Of a DNA stretch of 64,000 bases, positions 49,738 through 64,000 are shown one piece after another (the first letter of the stretch is position 1; each line of letters begins with the position of its first letter). The translations under genes and the position numbers were made by a program. The DNA is from Nemertoderma westbladi. Its lineage: Eukaryota; Animalia; Xenacoelomorpha. The stretch covers positions 141,851-205,850 of the forward strand of contig JAUCBJ010001861.1 in NCBI GenBank assembly GCA_032718475.1. The letters run 5' to 3'. Under the pieces are notes generated by a model that was not told the origin of the DNA, did not search any database, and saw nothing but the letters and a program-made list of their open reading frames with translations.

Positions 49738-50015
49738 AGGACAATTCCGTCGAGGATAATTCCGTCGAGGACAATTCCGACCCGGTCAATTCCGACCAGG
49801 ACAATTCCGACCCGGTCAATTCCGACTTGGACAATTCCGACCAGGACAATTCCGACCCGGTCAATTCCGACTTGGACAATTCCGACCAGGACAATTCCGA
49901 CCCGGTCAATTCCGACTTGGACAATTCCGACCCTTTCAAAGATCGAATCAAATTTTCATGGGTCAGAATTAATTGTCCTAGGTCGGAATTGTCCGGGTCG
50001 GAATTGTCCGGATCC
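49738..50015. repeat. MITE-like module with 15 bp subrepeats (ggacaattccgaccc); inverted relative at ~52540-52640
   Basis: ~13 tandem 15-mers, a short core (gatcgaatcaaattttcatggg), then inverted 15-mers ending ggatcc. Confidence 0.75.
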
Positions 50016-50611
50016 AAATAAATAAAAATAATTAACAGATTAATAATAATCAATAACACAAGTCTGTGTTCCAGAACACTAATATTTTACTTATTTTTTT
50101 AAAATATATTTTGTTACATTATGTCAACTTAACAGCGTTCTTCGTTTTTGCATTGTAAGCTTATTATTTTTAATATGGTTTCAACATTCTACCAACTTGT
50201 TCTAGTAATTTTGACTCTATTACGATTTAACAGCGTTGAATTACTCGTAACGCTGCAAAGTAATCAATGACATGGAAACAACTTCAATTACCGTATTCCA
50301 GAATGTATTATTTCCATTTTTTTAATGATTTCTGCTTTATTATCCAGTTTGCAGTTACGGGACTAGCTACTGTATATAAATAATTGTTTAAAGTGTATGT
50401 AATCCATTATGGCGAAACGTCCAATAGAACAACAAAAGACACTAAACTGACCAAAGATAATGGGGACAGTGTTTAGTAAAACTGGACGGACACAGACGGT
50501 GACTAAGTTTACTTCAGTCGAATATAGTCAGGATGGATTAATGATTTATCACATCCATAAATTCCTATACATACCGCACGCTGATAAGTTGAGATAATGT
50601 AACAAAATTAA

Positions 50612-50758
50612 ATACATCATTGTATGCAAAGGTCACTTTTCAGCGTTAATGACCCTTGTTTATTTATGTAAACCTCCCTCGCTGCGCTGCGCTGCGGTAC
50701 ATAAATAAACTCGGGTCATAACGCTGCAAAGTGCTACTTTGCACACAATGATGTAAAT
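50612..50758. repeat. ~145 bp imperfect palindrome; relative at ~54645-54790
   Basis: tacatcattgtatgcaaag ... ctttgcacacaatgatgta arms; both copies share aaagtgctacttt and tgtaaatagttat. Confidence 0.75.
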
Positions 50759-50899
50759 AGTTATTTATTACACCCCCAATCGGGGCAATCACGGTTTTAT
50801 TTTCAATAAAAGGAGTATAAAAATGCACGAAAAGAAGTTAAATGTGCACGAAATTTAATAAAATAAATAGAATAAGTGAAATCAGTTGGCTGACCACGG

Positions 50900-52376
50900 T
50901 GGAGAGCGGCGGTGAAAGGAGAGCGGCGGTGAAAGGAGAGCGGCGGTGAAAGGAGAGCGGCGGTGAAAGGAGAGCGGCGGTGAAAGGAGAGCGGCGGTGA
51001 AAGGAGAGCGGCGGTGAAAGGAGAGCGGCGGTGAAAGGAGAGCGGCGGTGAAAGGAGAGCGGCGGTGAAAAGTTGCAACTGATAACGTGGTAGCGGACCC
51101 CGGAACTGTTCCTTGCAACTGATAACGTGGTAGCGGACCCCGGAACTGTTCCTTGCAACTGATAACGTGGTAGCGGACCTGAACTGTTCCTTGCAACTAA
51201 TAACGTGGTAGCGGACCTGAACTGTTCCTTGCAACTGATAACGTGGTAGCGGACCCCTGAACTGTTCCTTGCAACTAATAACGTGGTAGCGGACCCCGGA
51301 ACTGTTCCTTGCAACTGATAACGTGGTAGCGGACCTGAACTGTTCCTTGCAACTGATAACGTGGTAGCGGACTCCGGAACTGTTCCTTGCAACTGATAAC
51401 GTGGTAGCGGACCCCTGAACTGCTCCTTGCAACTGATAACGTGGTAGCGGACCTGAACTGTTCCTTGCAACTGATAACGTGGTAGCGGACTCCGGAACTG
51501 TTCCTTGCAACTGATAACGTGGTAGCGGACCTGAACTGTTCCTTGCAACTGATAACGTGGTAGCGGACCCCGGAACTGTTCCTTGCAACTGATAACGTGG
51601 TAGCGGACCTGAACTGTTCCTTGCAACTGATAACGTGGTAGCGGACCCCGGAACTGGTCCTTGCAACTGATAACGTGGTAGCGGACCTGAACTGTTCCTT
51701 GCAACTGATAACGTGGTAGCGGACCTGAACTGTTCCTTGCAACTGATAACGTGGTAGCGGACCTGAACTGTTCCTTGCAACTGATAACGTGGTAGCGGAC
51801 CTGAACTGTTCCTTGCAACTGATAACGTGGTAGCGGACCCCGGAACTGTTCCTTGCAACTGATAACGTGGTAGCGGACCTGAACTGTTCCTTGCAACTGA
51901 TAACGTGGTAGCGGACCTGAACTGTTCCTTGCAACTGATAACGTGGTAGCGGACCGGAACTGTTCCTTGCAACTGATAACGTGGTAGCAGACCCCGGAAC
52001 TGTTCCTTGCAACTGATAACGTGGTAGCGGACCCCTGAACTGTTCCTTGCAACTGATAACGTGGTAGCGGACCCCTGAACTGCTCCTTGCAACTGATAAC
52101 GTGGTAGCGGACCTGAACTGTTCCTTGCAACTGATAACGTGGTAGCGGACCCCGGAACTGTCCCTTGCAACTGATAACGTGGTAGCGGACCCCGGAACTG
52201 TTCCTTGCAACTGATAACGTGGTAGCGGACCCCGGAACTGTCCCTTGCAACTGATAACGTGGTAGCGGACCCCGGAACTGTTCCTTGCAACTGATAACGT
52301 GGTAGCGGACCCCGGAACTGTTCCTTGCAACTGATAACGTGGTAGCGGACCTCGGAACTGTTCCTTGCAACTGATA
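50900..52376. repeat. Compound satellite: 17 bp unit (~10 copies) then 38/40 bp unit (~33 copies)
   Basis: gagagcggcggtgaaag; ttgcaactgataacgtggtagcggaccccggaactgttcc. Confidence 0.97.
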
Positions 52377-53949
52377 CCGAATATATTCAATTCGAAAAAT
52401 ACTATTCAACGATAAAATTACATAGCAAACGATTCTAGAGCGAAGAATATCCATGGATACAGCAATCTTATGTTGAATAATAAAACATTGTAATGTTAAA
52501 TAAAATTATTTTTTATTATTATTATTATTTTGTAATTATTTCCGGTCGGAATTGTCCTATGCTGGATCCGGACAATTCCGGCCCATGAAAATTTCATTCG
52601 ATCTCTGAATGGGTCGGAATTATCGGGTCGCAATTGTCACCTACATTTCTGTCAATTGAAACTAGAGAATAATTATTTATTACATGGGAAAAAAGTTGTT
52701 CACTATTAATTCTCGAAGCATTTTATTTACCGAGCGACAGCGAGGTTGATAAGGTCTAGAGAATAGTGGAAAAAATATCCTATGTTTTTTTTCCCATGTA
52801 ATACGTTATATTCTTAAATTGGTACCGTACTTTTTTTTGGTTGCTTAATTCCTTAATAAAAGATAGAACGATATAGTTAATTACATAATAAATTGAACTG
52901 CAGTTTTTTACTATATTGCTTCCATATAGTTACTGCGATTTAAATTACTATACTCGTCAACTCCAGATGCTGCCTTACTCAATGTTAAATAATTTAGTGT
53001 TCTCGAATATTTATTACGTAACTAGAGAGCCGCTTAACAAAATAAACCAATATTGGATATTGAGTTCCGTTTTGGAGTACACTTTGTAGACACTAAAGTT
53101 GCAATAACTTTTGAGTGTGTGATTGGATTTTGCTACAATTACTTGCAAACCTTTTCAACTTCGATGCTCTTTCAACAAATGTAATAAAATTTCAGAAATT
53201 CCACAAAAAAATATTTATTTTACAATAATTATTTCGCAGGGAAAAAAAGTAAAATTAATGCAAACCTATGGATTACTTTTTGCCCTAGGGGAAAGAATTC
53301 TCCCTATTTCTCTCGATTTTGGGGTATATTTGAGCGAAAAAGTATCAATTTAAGAAAAATGTGTTCATTTTAATTTTAAAATACATATAAATTGTTATGT
53401 AAAATGATGTAGTAAAACAGCATAGCGTTACTACAGTATTACCTAACTATGTTTCTCGTTTCCATTTTCTCGTTCCTCGTTTCCAATTCCTCGTTTCTCG
53501 TTTCCATTTCCTCGTTTCTGTATACTGTCTTGTACGTATATAAAATAAAAAAATTGTGACACATTGAGACACAATATGACACATTTTGTCCATAACAACG
53601 ACCAAATAGATATCAAAAAAAAGTTATTGTTTCAGCCTCTGATAAAATCAAATAGCCATATAATCTAAAATAGTACCAATTAATTACAAATAAACAGTAT
53701 TCACCAATGCACTGGGGGTTGCTTGATATGATCTCGTCGTATACTATAACATTGAGAAATTTAATTGAACTTGGTTCGTTCACTGTCTAAAATTGTAGGA
53801 ATTGGGGTTGATGTGATGTTGCAACCTAAGTTTATAACACACCATGCCCTGGAATATAGTGTCGTAATTCAGTGACATGCATCCACCTCAAAATTAGTCT
53901 ACAAATCTAATGAGATTGCATTAAATTTGAAGCAGGGGTAGTTTGACCT

Positions 53950-54030
53950 CCCCACTCTTAGCTAGAGGGTGAGTCGGCCCACTCTTAGCTAGAGGGTGAG
54001 TCGGCCCACTCTTAGCTAGAGGGTGAGTCA
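53950..54030. repeat. 27 bp tandem repeat x3
   Basis: cccactcttagctagagggtgagtcgg. Confidence 0.9.
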
Positions 54031-56688
54031 GAATTTTTTATTTTCGCTTGCAACGAATCGGCGGGAGGCTATTTAATTATATTTAAGAAATACACCATAT
54101 TCTGGAACATTTTGTGTTACATAGTGTACATGGAAAGGTATTGCCAAAGACTTCTAGAATATAGTATTTATTCATAAAATTATAGTAATTATTATTCCAA
54201 AATTGTAACATTACTCAACGCCGTTAGTATTAACAGCGAGTTGTTATTTAGAAATTTACAACTTTAGAGGACATTACAGCATTATATTGGCATTTACATT
54301 TAGTATTGTATTTGGTGTTATCAGTTAAGTAATGTCCCCTTAGTGGACATTACTTAACGCCGTCATTGGTTACCAGGTAAACAATAGGTGGAAATTTGCA
54401 TGACAGCCAGATAGGCCTACTGCATTACCTACCGGTAGGCGGGGTATAGCTATTAATAACCAGTAGCTATATTATTAACATGGCTCCAAACGCCACCATA
54501 AATATCAGCTAACTTATTTATAATCAAATTTATGTCATTTTTACATTTATTTATACAGCAACTTATTTAATTTGTGCAGTTTCTATCACTTATAATATAT
54601 ATGTACAATAATTTCGTAATGTTAACATTTTGGAATAAAACTACATACATACTTGTTGCAAAGTACTTTACAGTGTTCTGATCCTCGTGGCTTTATTTTC
54701 ACTCACTCACTAACGTTCGTTCGAGAAACAAAGCCACTCGGATCATCACACTGTAAAGTGCTACTTTACACACAAGTATGTAAATAGTTATTATTTATAA
54801 AAATTATATAATAATAATAATATATTATTCATAAAAAATTATTTATTCTTAAATAATTATTAAATATTGCATTGATTTTACTTTTTTTCCCGGCGAAAAA
54901 AAAGCAAAATAAACAAATAATTTTGGCGGAATCTCTTAAATTTTATTTCTTGTGTTGAAAGAGCATCGAATATTTGCAAGTAAGTAATATGAGCAATTTG
55001 ATGACCACAATTCAATTTATTTTGTAACACTATTATATCAGTCTATCTTATTAAGGAATTAAGCAACATAAAAGTACTAATTTAAGAAAATAATTACGTA
55101 TTACATGGGAAAAAAACGTAGAATCTTTTTCATATTTCTCGACCCTTCTTCATTAACCTCACTGGGGCTTGGTAAATAAAATACCTCAAAAATAGTGAAA
55201 AAGTTATAATTATTTTCCCATGTAATAAATAATTATTATTCATGAAAAAATACAATATTCTATAAGTCCTTGGTATCGCATTTTTGGTAACCTACTTATG
55301 AGATAAGTATAATTTTTCCAATAAATATAATAAAATAGCTTCAAGCAGAAAATAACATGCAACCTTCGAACGCCTATATACATCTCGGCTATTTCTCAGC
55401 AAAACTCAGATTATATTAAATATTTGGATTCCTTACAATGCCATCTTTCCATCGGTACTAACGAAACACAATATAAGTTTATAATGAATAACTGACATAC
55501 TACTGGTGAAATTCGGCAGTGATACTTTTTTAAACGCTCGTAGCTAAAGATTGAAAGCAACAATCGCGAAATCGCTCAAAGGTCCGCGTATAGTAACGCA
55601 TGAACGGTCTCCTCATTGAATGGCTTACTACCACTACCAAAGTTTCAAATAAACCAATTTTACAAAATCGAAATATTTTATTCGGAAAAACATAACAATT
55701 ATGTTGGGATTGAACCCCGTATCTCGAATTCCAAGCCCAAGGCTCTTAAAAAAATGAGCAAAAAAGTGGCATAATATCAAGTGAGAAAAAGCAATGTGAG
55801 AATAAACAACAACACCAACAACAAATGGAATGGTTAGAGGTCGCAGACCTGAAAATGATCCCGGGAGTCCTATATTACGGGGCATGGTGTAAATATATTT
55901 TGTTCAGAAGATGAAAAACTGTGGAGATGTCACTGGGGGTTGAACCAGTACAGAATCTGCCCTTCAGGCCGAACCAGTTCAACCAATCTCCCCCGATACT
56001 CCCTTGCTAATTTTAGTCCACCTTTACCGAAGAGACGACATTCTTAAGTTACATATAATATCTCTAACAGAGGCTTACCAGTGTCAACCATGTTAGAATG
56101 TCTGTTCGATAGAACTAGAAGTTTAACGATATAAAATGGGTAAGAGATTGTTAGCATCTAGGAGCTAACTGGCAGGGGCTAACTGGTTAGCGCTTCTGGA
56201 GAGGACTAATAGACCAAAACCGTACAGCATGACACCACTGGTTCAACCGCCACTGACGTTCTTCCACATTTTCCCCTTTCTTAACAAAATCACTTATCTT
56301 ATATCCAATGGAGGAATTTGAGATTATCAGTAATGAAGATAGAATCTGCATTCGATACAGAATTTAACAAATGTCTCAACCTTTGAAAAATTTTCTCAAT
56401 GTTGAAAAAGGCAGTTTAAAAGCAACTAAATATCCTTTAAGTTATTTTAGGTCATTTGAACAAGGGGCTTTACAGTTTAGGTGATAATAAACATACTAAT
56501 CACCTGAATGAAAAACTCCAGCCTATTTGGTACATCAAACGCAGATAATTTGGTTTGGTAAGAAAGCAAAGCCATAAAAACACCGTAAACCTAAAAGGAC
56601 GACATACATTAATTAAAGTTACACTGAAGTTCCACATTACGAACAAAATTATAATAGTTCATATTAAATCCAACATTTACTAGGTTTA

Positions 56689-59600
56689 TTAAGTGATAGT
56701 GGCAGGCGCGATCACGAACATAAGATGGGATTTCCCGCTGACGCGCGCTTGCAGATCGGGTGAATGGCGCGCCAACTGCGACTGCGTAAAGCCGCAGGGC
56801 GGGAAGATATGGAGAACAAGATGCGGCAGATCGTGATCATCGACGCCCTCTAGCGGCACATTGATGATACCGGCGGCCTGTTTCTCCAGGAGGTAGGTGA
56901 TGAACCCAGAGTGCAGCAGGTTGGTCTGGTCTCGCATCTCGGTAGGCGTCAATCCGCACGGCAGACCCATCAGCAAGGAGTACTCCTCATCTGCCGACAT
57001 CCTACGAATAACTCCTTCCAACTGGCTGTCCTCCAACCGCATCCGCTGGAATATTTTCAACGAAACCGTCTCGGACAAAACCTTCTTAGCTAATTCTAAG
57101 TTACCGTGGATAAAATTCATCTGCACCATCGCCGAGTCGTTCTTTAAAACCAAGTTGCCCTGCCAAATAACAGGATAGCGCAACAGCAGTGGGTCGGCGT
57201 TGATTATATCTCCGCCCATTGCCGTGGTAGATTGATTGTAAACGTAATGGATCCGCTGTTCTACAATGTCGTTCTGAAGGGGTTCCGGCGCTCCGGTTTG
57301 TTCAATAACTGGTTTGTTTACAGGGGTTGCCCTGGCGACGGTAGAATGCTGGGTGGTCACCGGGGTGGCGTCGGATACGGCGAAGGTAGCTGGACTCCAC
57401 AGCGTCGTCGCGACTGGCGGTGCGCCTATCTCCGCCGGTTTACCGTACGGGGACGTCCGTCTCAGCAGATGCTGCACCAACTCGGGACTCGCCAACGCCG
57501 TCTGCGCCGACTTCGTCTCGATGCCGCTTGGGGGCGCCCCCCCGCCCAACACGTAACCCCCGAAACCGTCCCGCCCGTAGAGCGGGGCACCAGTGGGACC
57601 GCCGCCCCCGCTACGCAGCATGTAGGCAGCGTCCGCCTGGTACTGGAATCGAGAGCCCGGCGCTAGGGGGCGATGGTAGCCGATGTAGGTCGGAAGGGGG
57701 AAGTGGAGGGGGGAAATAGCGGGGGATAGGGGGGAGAGACGGGGAGCCAGGAAGTGGCTCATATCAGGGTAGGTGGGTTTAACGCTCTCTATTGAGTTAC
57801 TATACTGCATTGCTTTATCTCCCGACTGATACTGAGTAGTAATAACTGATATAAGCTGCGGGGCTGCGGTGTCCTTGTCAACAGGGACCGGGTTCGAGGC
57901 GTCATTGAGTTGCTTAGTAACACCTTTGTAATTAGTGTTTACTATGCGCGTGATCGTTCCCATTGCTGAGTCGTTGGCGAGCGTTACGAAGGCGGGTTCC
58001 GCGAGGTTCGTGGCCACGTGGAGCGGTTGAGCTGGTTCTGCGAAGATCGGCGGCATTGGATAAGCTGTGGTTTCCTTCGTTTGAACCGTTCTGCGTTGGG
58101 GGTCGATCGCGGGTTGGGGGAAGGGGTTGGTGGCGGGCGGGGCGGATATTGGAGAGAGGATGCGACCCATGGAATGGGTGAGATCGTCGGCCGACAGACA
58201 GACTCCGTCACGCGGACCATTCCAATCCGACGAGCAAATCAGCAAGGATTCCCGACGTTTCAACTCCTCCATGTGCGAACTTCGGTACTCTTTGCTGATC
58301 CGTTTCTTGATCGGCCCCTCGGAAACCACCACATTCCTTGCAATGGTCTGTTTACCTTCGATTATTACTCGCGCTTCGCAGACGTCCGCCGATATTTTAG
58401 CCGTCAACTCGTCGCTCCCATCGCACACCACCTCCTCCAGTTGGCCCGCTAGAGACTGGTTATTGTTGGCGATTTCTATATCGGCGACGCACTCAATAAC
58501 GGCAGCATCGGGAGTTTCTGGGGAGTCCTCCTTACTCCCGAAGTTGTAGATGTCGGTCTTATCGCTCTCATTCGCGGACTCCCTATCTGCGGACTCATCA
58601 TCGCAACAAGCTTCCAACGTATCATCCATATCTTCGTCTGTCTTAGGAATACTCTCCACAACAGATATTTTATCAGCAACGATATCTTCCTCTGTCAGGA
58701 CTTCAGCGTCACTTTCACATTTGTCGTTAACTTCCGAAGTGCTGGAAGGTTCATCAATGACAAGCTTCTTCCCATGTTTCCTGCGGTTATGTTTATGCTG
58801 ACTATGTTTGTAATGATTTGTCTTTATGGGAGGAGATTCCTGTGTTTCCACACTGCTACTTATCGACCCATCGGAGGCTTCCTCATCTTCAACCATAACA
58901 ACGTCGTCCTCGTCCTCTCCTTCGGACTGCGTCCAATGCTTCGGGTTTCCGGACTGCCAATGAGTTTTCCATTGGTGTCGAGTTGTAATTCCACCATCAG
59001 CACTGCCCTTCTTTTTCTTACCATTTAAAGCTAATTTATTATTTTTCGGCTTCTTTACTGAGATGACTTTCTCTTCAGTCGACTGGATGGTTCGTTTAAC
59101 CTTTTTACGCTTCACAGTCTTGCCGTCTTTAGATTCAACGGTTGATTCCGTGATTGTATCAATGACATTCTCTCGCTGTTTCATCAGGCGGTGAAGACTC
59201 GTACCGCTCTTAGAGTCTTTGATGAATTTGGCTCTTCTAACGGACAGCTGTGGAGGTTCCATGACCCGATGACTTTTAACACGTCGACTTGACTGCGGTT
59301 TCGACTTTTCAATAAAAGCAGTGAACTGTGACTCATCTTCCTCATCAGTGGCACTGACGCCCAGGTCCTCAGACAAGCGATGCAGTGGAGTTTTACCTTT
59401 CGGTTTACGGATTCTCGGAGAGGAGGGCGCATTGCAGGAAGGGCCCGATCTGCTATGCTCCGACTTGGAACGCGACTTCGGAGAAACTGGCTTACTTGAT
59501 ACGGTTGAAGAAGAAACCGATGATTGACGTCTCTTTGGGTAAATCTTATGTTTGGTTTCATCTTTGCCGAATGCTTTACTTGGTTTACTGGGACCGGGGT

Positions 59601-62600
59601 CAGCAGATGGGTCCTTTGCTATAAATTGCCTAGATTTTTGAGGTTTCTCCAAGTCCACAGAACTTTCGCTTACAGTTGGCGTTTTTATTTCAGACGAAGA
59701 ATCAATGTGATTTTGCTTGGATTTATATTTATCGTGTTTATGAGTCACCTTAGAGTCAATGTCCTTAAAGAGATTTCCCACAGTATGCTTAGGGGCCACT
59801 TTGACAACTGGTTTTGGGGTTGTGGTTACAGGTGAACTCGTGGATGGTTTACTAGGCTGGGGGGAAGTATTTGGGACGCCGGTGGAAACTGGTCTAGGAT
59901 CTGTGATGACGTCACCAAACATACTCTTTTTCTTTAAACTGCTTTTCAAGGGTTTCAAGCAAGGTTTTGGAGCCAATGAGTGAAGTGGTAGAGTAGGCGG
60001 TTGCAATTTACGGGAATGGTCGTCCTTCTTTTCGTTTTGACTTGCCTGAAACCCTGGCTGCTCGTTTTTTGCCGGAAATGGATTGTTCCCTGGAATGGCA
60101 GGATCATTTTTAGTAGCCTTTAGAACATTTGATGTTTCCATTACAAGTGACTGATTATTAAGAGCAGTTGACCCCTCGTTTGGTTTATCACATGCAGTTA
60201 CTACTGTTTTGATTACCTGCGGCTGTAATTGAGCGAATCTTGCATCAACACTTAGATTGTCACTGTCGTTGTCAATTAGTGAAACATCGCAAGCCCTAGA
60301 TGAAGTCGGTATGGCCGGATCAGCGGCCATACCCGGATACAAAGGTTTAAGGAAACCAGTACCAACTGGCATAGATTGCGATGAAATGTCCCCCTGCTCT
60401 CCAATTTCGTACATCTTAAGTTCTTGCTCCAAATCGAATTTGAGTGAATCTTGTGTAACAGTGAAGGCCTTCTGGGACTGCTCAAGTCGCTCTGAATCCT
60501 GGTCGAATATGCTCGGGCGTGGTGTGACGCGAGTGTCGCCAGGGGACAACTCTGAAACCGGCCCAACTCCATCTCCAAGACGTTTCTTTATGCGTCCGCG
60601 ACGTCGCCATTCCTCACGGATGTCCACGGATCGCTCAGCACTGGACTCCAGACTGTGGGGCGTCGACTTCTCGACCGAGCGAGGTGTAAGTGGGCCCTGT
60701 GGAGTGGTGGAGACTGTAAGCGGCGGGAACTCATACACCGGATCACGGTTGCTATCCGAGATAATAAAGAATGGATTGTTCGGCTCACCGAAGTGATCCA
60801 CCTCAACACTGTTTGTCTCCTCCTTTAACCGTTTATATCGCTCAGCCATGCTGGATGTTAAGTCGTCCAGAATCTTAGAAGGAGTCTCCAAGGGTATGTT
60901 AATAGGGCCTTTACTATCAGTAGAAATCCGCCGGATTCTCGGATCCTTTATGTCGCTTCCTGCATGATCGTTGCAGCTCTCCTCAGTACTCACACGTCGT
61001 GGTTTGCGGTTTGTTCTAACAACTATAGGCAACATCATGCTGTCATTTGGCATTGGCTCGAAAGGAATTGATATGGGCGGGAGGCCAGGAGTAATCAAGC
61101 ATCCACCGAAGACCTCCATATCCTCCAATTTCATGCGATCGCCACTAAAAATCTTAAGACGAGGGTCGCCATCTTCAACAATTTGATCAACACCTTCATT
61201 TAATGCACTAGCAGCCACACGAACATCTTTATAAATAGCGTCCAAAACCACATCAATTGGATGAAGATTATAACAAGTTTCATCATCCAGAATAACCTGA
61301 GGTTCCAATACTGGGGGAATACCGGTGTTCCCCGCACTGGGGGACTTGGGGGAAAATTCATCACCATCGCTTTTATCTTGGACAGGACTCACCGGATCAA
61401 ACGGCATAGGGGGGAGAGCGGCTACCTCAACAGGAGATCTGGTGTGGTACAGAAAGTCGGGGGAATCGTCTTCTATGGGGCTGTACTGCGCGTTGAGAGG
61501 GTTCAGATTGACATCCCCAAACGGAACCCCCAGCTCAGATGGTAGTAGAGGAGTTATCCCAAGAGCGATCTGGGGTTTACCCACGTTCGCGGCTCCGGGC
61601 GACTGGATAACGAGCGTGCCTGGTTCATACGGAGTGAGCTCGTCGTTTTCCTCGTCGGACGAGCCACTGGGATGGCCACCGACTCCTCTTGTCCGCCCCC
61701 CACCTTTGCTATACTGGTAGTACCGGTCGCCAGAGGCATCCCGACCGCCAGAGTAGGATGGTTTGGAGTAACGCGCAGCACTGGCGTGCATCCCGTGAGC
61801 AGCGGCCCCGTTGTACCGCCGGTTCTCCAGCATCCGTTTACCCCCCGCATCGGAACTGGAAGACCTCGAACTCGACCAGTTCTGGTACTTCTTGGCAATA
61901 GCCTCTGCTACTTTCTCGCTACCACTACTGCTCTCTTCCCATTGGCCGGCATGTCGCCCTTTTTTGCGGGACTTTTTCGACATTTTTCGGGACATGGAAT
62001 CCCCCGATGATTCGCCTCCGCCACGCATCAGCCGACCTTTTCGTTTACCAAGTTTTCCTAAACTATGATACTCATCTTCTCCAGACGTCAACTCTCCACT
62101 AGAAACATCCCGGCGACGTTTCTTCTTCATATGCTTCGGACTCGCGACAGCCAATCGGGATCGCTTCCCTATTTGCCTAATCTCATCAGATTCCTCATCA
62201 GTGTCAGACGACTGATTCAACCCAGCTTCCCTGGCCTTTCTTCTGGCCTTCTTTAAAAGCAACTTGTGTTTTTCCAACTTGTACTTCAACTCCTCCAACG
62301 TCTCATCCCCCGACATGTAATCCGAACTGGAAAGATCGCCCCCGAGATCAACTTTCCGAAGTTTTCCCTTTTTATCCCGCAACCGATGCCCTTTGCCAGC
62401 GGCGGCCGCCAGAAGCAAGTCATCCGCGCTATCCGACATGCGTCGCTTGATCTTCTTTGACTTCCGTTTGAGACTCTGTTCGTATCTGAGCTCGCGCCTC
62501 AGACTATCGGCGCTGTCTTCACTGTCCCCGCGGGTTTGGAGATGGGCATCGCGAGAGACGAGAAGTTTCGATGACCGCGAGTCTAAAACAGGTAGCAGAG

Positions 62601-63445
62601 GGGAGAGATCAGCCGGAGGGAGGTCATCGTAGCGATCAGAGGGCCAGGCGGAGACCAACCCGCGATCACGTTCATGGTGTGACGAGGGGAAGTGCTCCAA
62701 CGCACCGCCATACGAGTTGTGATACTCACGGCGCGAAGAATGACCGCCGTAACGACTTGCGCCGTGCTCGTAATCCTCGTACTTTCCATGGTACTCACCC
62801 GCTGCTCCCGCGCCCCGGCCACCGTCCTCTATGTAGTAGGTCCGCCCGCCGCCGGCCGCCACACTGCCACGCGGCTCATACCTCCGGTTATCCTGGCCCC
62901 GGTAGATATCCAGCTCAGGAACCTTCTGCCCCGAGTCCGCCATCCGGTGGGTGAATGCCTCTTGGGCGTCCCTATTGTAGTAGTCTACACGGAGTTTGCA
63001 CGTCGCTATAAAACGTCCCTTCATATTGGCCATGGCTTCAGCAGACGCATCGACGGAATCAAAGAATAACAAGGCCTGTTTGGCGATGCGATCAACTACA
63101 ACCATCCGAACAGGAGCAAATCTCTCAAACTGCTGCTGTAAATAAGTTTTCTTGATGTGATCCTGAACATTGTCTACCCATAGGACGTGACTCTGAATGG
63201 ACTTACCGAAGCCCAGCTTCACCTTACCGCCCAACATAAATTCGCCGTCATACTTTCGGATGGCACGACACACCGATTTGATTTCGAGATATTGCACGAA
63301 GGCAAACGTCACCGTTATATTGTTGTCACCGTGTTGGCGTTTAATGTCAATACCAACGATCTGGCCGAATCGTTCGAAGTGTTTACGGATTTCTTCCTCT
63401 GCAACATCCCTGGAAAGCCCTCCAATGAACAGCGTCCGCGACGAC
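56689..63445 (-). CDS. SPEN: SPEN/split ends (SHARP/MINT) family protein, 6757 nt terminal exon; upstream exons not identified in the window
   Basis: tttag|..SRTLFIGGL (RRM) ...FAFVQY...KVKLGFGKS..VLWVD (next RRM), long low-complexity region, C-terminal SPOC domain (RYPVIWQGNLVLKND, QRMRLE, FITYLLEKQAAGIINV, HIFPPC). Confidence 0.95.
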
Positions 63446-64000
63446 CTAAAATATATAATTATAAGTCATATATTCATTAATCACAGGAACTCAAGAAAAA
63501 GTATGTTGAAAACAAAATATCAAAATGTGATATTTTATTTATATTATTTTTATTCAGTCAGGACTGTATCAGCATCTCCAGAATATAATATTTATTACAT
63601 GGGAAAAAAAGTATAAAGTTTTTTCACTATTCTCGAAGCAATGTATTTACGGAGCGTCAGTGAGGTTAATAAAGGGTCGAGAGAATATTGAAAAAAAATT
63701 TGAACTTTTTCCCCCATGTAATACGTAATTTTATTCTTAAATTGGTACTTTTTTTGTTGCTTAATTATTTAATAAAACGTACAGCAATACATATGTCCCA
63801 GAATATAGTATCGTAATTCAGTGACACGCCCCCCCCCCCCCCCCCTAATTTTTCTACAAATCTTAATCAGATTGTATGAAATTTGAAACAGAGATAGTTT
63901 CACCTCCCGACCACTGACTGTGTGAGCCATAATTTTTATTTTAGCTTTACATCTGTAGCTACAAGCGTTTAAAAAAGTGTCTCCAGCTATATTACACCAG

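Noticed and set aside
50803-52454. Long ORFs of 371-538 aa
   Set aside because: They are translations of a stop-poor satellite strand in several frames.
56897-63616. Many short ORFs overlapping SPEN (and B56 at 10642-12012)
   Set aside because: Antisense or alternative-frame shadows of GC-rich coding sequence.

Overview
AT-rich animal (invertebrate-like) nuclear DNA. Four protein-coding genes are recognisable, all on the minus strand: an intronless PP2A B56 regulatory subunit (10692-12446), an intronless tetraspanin (15981-16991), an 8-exon BTB-BACK-TLDc gene that I assembled by hand (47548-26383, 528 aa), and the 6.76 kb terminal exon of a SPEN/split-ends gene (63445-56689). Much of the rest is repetitive: five unrelated satellite arrays (three inside introns of the BTB gene), RTE-, CR1/L2- and CRE-type retrotransposon remnants, CACCAT-ended foldback elements, palindromic repeats and a repeat with a tRNA-like tail. 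The most unusual object is a 1541 bp, ORF-less, hairpin-rich insertion (37370-38910). It is flanked by a 57 bp target-site duplication and ends in a copy of the 28S rRNA R2/I-PpoI target sequence. It sits in a satellite that is itself an amplified exon end plus 5' splice site. All family assignments are from motif recognition by eye; no database searches were run.
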